From Macrostomum lignano (taxonomy: Eukaryota), in the NCBI GenBank assembly GCA_002269645.1, contig NIVC01000991.1:186001-250000 (forward strand): a stretch of DNA of 64,000 bases, given 5' to 3'. A model generated the notes under the pieces. That model searched no databases and had not been told where the DNA came from. It saw nothing but the letters and a program-made list of their open reading frames with translations. A program made the position numbers and the translations under genes. Shown piece after piece: positions 60,470 to 64,000 of the stretch. The stretch's first letter is position 1, and each line of letters starts with the position of its first letter.

Positions 60470-61555
60470 CACCCTGTTCACTCTCACGCCCTTTATTCTC
60501 ACCCTCTTCACTCTCACGCCCTTTACTCTCACCCTGTTCACTCTCACGCCCTTCGCTCTCACCCTCTTCACTCTCACCCTGTTCACTCTCAGCCTCTTCA
60601 CTCTCTTCACTCTCAGTGTCGTCACTTTCAGCCCTTCACCCTCAGCCTCTTCACTCTTAGTTTCGTCACTCTCACCCTCTTCACTCTCATCCCCTTCACT
60701 CTCAACCTCTTCACTCTCACCCACTTCACTCTCACCCACTTCACTCTCACCCACTTCACTCTCACCCACTTCACTCTCAGCCTCTTCACTCTCACCCACT
60801 TCACTCTCAGCCTATTCACTCTCACCAACTTCACTCTCACCCACTTCACTCTCAGCCTCTTCACTCTCACCCACTTCACTCTCAGCCTCTTCACTCTCAC
60901 CCACTTCACTCTCACTCACTTCACTCTCAGCCTCTTCACTCTCACCCACTTCACTCTCAGCCTCTTCACTCTCACCCACTTCACTCTCACCCACTTCACT
61001 CTTACCCACTTCACTAACCCACTTCACTCTCAGCCTCTTCACTCTCACCCACTTTACTCTCACCCACTTCACTCTTACCCACTTTACTCTCACCCACTTC
61101 ACTCTCACCCACTTCACTCTCACCCACTTCACTCTCACCCACTTCACTCTCACCCACTTCACTCACAGCTTCTTCACTCTCACCCACTTCACTCTCACCC
61201 ACTTCACTCACAGCTTCTTCACTCTCACCCACTTCACTCACAGCTTCTTCACTCTCACCCACTTCACTCACAGCTTCTTCACTCTCACCCACTTCACTCT
61301 CACCCACTTCACTCTCACCCACTTCACTCTCACCCACTTCACTCACAGCTTCTTCACTCTCACCCACTTCACTCACAGCTTCTTCACTCTCACCCACTTC
61401 ACTCACAGCTTCTTCACTCTCACCCACTTCACTCTCACCCACTTCACTCTCACCCACTTCACTCTCACCCACTTCACTCTCACCCACTTCACTCTCACCC
61501 ACTTCACTCTCACCCACTTCACTCACAGCTTCTTCACTCTCACCCACTTCACTCG
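60470..61555. repeat. 15-bp minisatellite (TTCACTCTCACCCAC)
   Basis: Direct tandem repeat. Confidence 0.95.
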
Positions 61556-62029
61556 CGTACGGTCAACAAGAAAATAATTAGAAGCTCTTTCAGAGGTGCC
61601 AATTTTCTTCTCCAAAAACCGCAGCTTATCAACATCCTGAAACGGAGAGAATCGAGCGGTTGAGTGAGTGGTTGGTGTCGGGCTGAGGCGTCAAACAAGC
61701 CTGCCTGTCTGTCCAGGTCTCTCGAGAGGACATTTCATCAATCAAAGCTGAAGTCGCCATGCTGCGTACATACTTCAGACTCGAAAAAATAATTTCATTC
61801 ATTTTTTTCTGGCCAAAATGGATTGCAACATTAAGTCTCTTCAAATCTGAATCCAATGCTGGTGCATTAATTCAGCTAACAGGTACGTTGCTCGGAGCTT
61901 TCTGTACCTTCATTAGGAAGTGGTTACCGCTTAACTCCTTTCGCTCCATCTTCAGCCAATTTACGACAGTAATGGGGACGCTTTGTACTTCCCCAGTTGC
62001 AATTACGCTTGTATCAAGGTAAAGGAGAC

Positions 62030-62390
62030 ATCATGCCCTTCTCCGAATTATCAAGGTCACAGATCAAGACATCATGTTACCCCCACCCCGGATTCTCAAG
62101 GTCAAAGAGATGTCATGCTCCCCCCCCCGATTCTCAAGGCCACAGAGATATCATGCCCCCCCTGGATTCTCAAGGCCAGAGATATCATGCTCCCCCGGAT
62201 TCTCAAGGCCACAGAGATATCATGCTCCCCCGGATTCTCAAGGCCACAGAGAAATCATGCTCCCCCCGATTCTCAAGGCCACAGAGATATCATGCTCCCC
62301 CGGATTCTCAAGGTCAAAGAGACATCATGATATCCCCAGATTCTCAAAGTCACAGAGATATAATGCTACCTCTTGATTCTCAAGGCCAGG
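62030..62390. repeat. ~35-bp minisatellite (GATTCTCAAGGCCACAGAGATATCATGCTCCCCC)
   Basis: Direct tandem repeat. Confidence 0.9.
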
Positions 62391-62745
62391 GAATAATATT
62401 TTAATAATAAAAGTTATGTGGTTAGTTGAAGGCATAATGAGTTTATTATATAAGTACGAGTAGGGTAGAATGTCCAATTGTGTTTCGGTAGATTTATTTT
62501 AGAATGGGCTTACCTTATTTATCGACGGAATAGCGACATATTTAGCTGTACAAATTTCGATCACAGTGAAAATGTTCAAATTGAAATCTATATAGGTCAA
62601 TGATATCGCAGATGACATTTCTAGTAAGCTCAAGATTGGCCAGCTAGTGTTATTCAATGTTATCGAGAATTGTTTTTTTCGCAAACATTAATAGTCTCGT
62701 GATACGAGCTAATACGTCGTAATTAAATGTGTCAAAAAATATCCG

Positions 62746-64000
62746 TCAAATTTTGCAGCCAACCCACTCCGCCTGAGCAATGAGTATGACGTCATCGACT
62801 AGATCTTTACTGTACTCTTCGATGTCGCTGGCACTGGGCGCCGAAGGTTCAGGGGCTGAAGGCGCGGAAGCGGCAGCAGATTCAGCTGTGTTGAGTTTCG
62901 CTACATCCGCGTCTGCGGCAACGGAGGTGTCAGGATCGGCGGCTGCGACGGCACCTTCTTCATCCTCGGGCTGCCAGCCACGCAGGGCGCGAGTCCAGGC
63001 CGCAAGTTTGGCCACCGCCGAGGCTGTCGGGTCGCAGAAATTCCTGACGAACTCCTCGCCTAACGGCTGCATCTCGGCGTTGGCCACTGGCCGGCGACGG
63101 CACTCGGCGAAAGCTCGGTAGCCGTCAAAGTCGACGAAGCAGAGCCGGAGCGTGAGCTCGTCGTCGGGCCGGTCGAAGGCGCCGGAGCAGGGCAGCAGGG
63201 CGATGCCCAGCTCAGCCAGGAGCCGCTCGCACAGCTGCTCTCCAGTTGTCAGGCCCTCCTTGGCCAGGTGCTCGCGAACTGGCTCGAAATCTACTAGCAG
63301 ACTGTAGCCGGCTTGCGGCTCGGTTGCTAGGAGACCCGCCGAGCGCAGCTTCTTGCAGGCGTAGGCGGCCACGGCCGCTAGCACGCGCCTGCAGTGCCGC
63401 ATGTAGGCGTTGGCCGAGTGCAGGTCGCGCAACAGTCGAACTACGGCGAACTGCGCCGGGGTTGGCGCGCAAGCGAACGTGTGCGAGGCGGCGCTGACCA
63501 CCGCCAGCCGGAGCTCGGCCAGCTCCTCCGGGAACAGAGCGTAGCCCAGACGCCAGCCGCCCAGACTGGCCCACTTGGACAGGCCGCTAACCACCACTGT
63601 GCCCTCCGGGTAATAGCTGGCCAACGAATAGAACTCGTCACCGAAGTGCAGCCTGGCGTACACTTCGTCGCACGCTACAATATAGGAGTTGCTGCGCAGA
63701 TACGCGGCCAAGGACTCGAGCTCTTTGCGGCCGTAGGACAGACCGGTCGGATTGTCCGGATTGCACATGATCAGCAGCTTCGGCTGGCGCGGATCTGACC
63801 CGGCTGAGCGAGCCGCTCGATCCAGAGCGTCGCAGTTGAGCTTCCAGTCGGTATCGGCGGACAGAGGCACCGGCCAGTGTCGCCGGCTGCCGCTGAGAGC
63901 GGCCTGTGCGGCATAGGCGGGCCACGCCGGTGTGGGTACGAGCACGGGACCGTCAAACACCAGACTGACAAGGAAGGTCAGCTGCCTCGCGCCCGGACCG
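62746..64000 (-). CDS. PLP-dependent class I/II aminotransferase (aspartate aminotransferase-like), 5'-incomplete
   Basis: Continuous ORF from the window end (GPGARQLTFLVSLVFDG...); motifs CNPDNPTG, DEVY, SGLSKWASLGGWRLGY (PLP lysine), LRLCFV. Confidence 0.92.
   Translation of the reverse strand, partial: GPGARQLTFLVSLVFDGPVLVPTPAWPAYAAQAALSGSRRHWPVPLSADTDWKLNCDALDRAARSAGSDPRQPKLLIMCNPDNPTGLSYGRKELESLAAYLRSNSYIVACDEVYARLHFGDEFYSLASYYPEGTVVVSGLSKWASLGGWRLGYALFPEELAELRLAVVSAASHTFACAPTPAQFAVVRLLRDLHSANAYMRHCRRVLAAVAAYACKKLRSAGLLATEPQAGYSLLVDFEPVREHLAKEGLTTGEQLCERLLAELGIALLPCSGAFDRPDDELTLRLCFVDFDGYRAFAECRRRPVANAEMQPLGEEFVRNFCDPTASAVAKLAAWTRALRGWQPEDEEGAVAAADPDTSVAADADVAKLNTAESAAASAPSAPEPSAPSASDIEEYSKDLVDDVILIAQAEWVGCKI

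Noticed and set aside
61560-62025. Protein-like minus-strand frame (LDTSVIATGEV...SDLKRLNVAIHFG)
   Set aside because: Internal stop, no recognisable family or splice model.
62780-63971. Overlapping ORFs around the aminotransferase
   Set aside because: Shadow ORFs of GC-rich coding sequence.

Overview
Eukaryotic (metazoan) genomic DNA with GC-rich exons, AT-rich introns, (CCCTAA)n telomere-type repeats and a very high minisatellite load. A free-living flatworm such as Macrostomum would fit, but that is inference. Most long ORFs in the supplied track are artefacts of tandem repeats. Supported genes, left to right: an open gag ORF with PBS and 5' LTR of a Ty3/Gypsy element (minus); a 3-exon secreted Cys-rich, probably GPI-anchored protein; a Ser/Thr kinase and an upstream ARM-repeat-like ORF with one in-frame TAA (both minus); RSRC2-like, RTF2 and a cytosolic sulfotransferase (plus); and a class I/II PLP aminotransferase (minus, 5'-incomplete). 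Positions ~13.0-34.5 kb are a head-to-tail array of about six related non-autonomous rolling-circle (Helentron/HINE-like) elements, built from interchangeable minisatellite blocks; the last block of each full unit, and one internal block in the two longest units, is capped by an antisense tRNA-like module. Most unusual observations: (1) two ~290-bp hAT-type MITEs with unrelated TIRs share a core matching the 28S rRNA segment targeted by R2, Pokey and I-PpoI, mutated mainly at the cut site; (2) the tRNA-capped minisatellite cassette architecture; (3) a C>T/G>A hypermutated, TpA-rich island reminiscent of RIP; (4) a CORE-SINE with six tandem tRNA heads; (5) genes that appear to begin at a splice acceptor in phase with a possible spliced-leader AUG.
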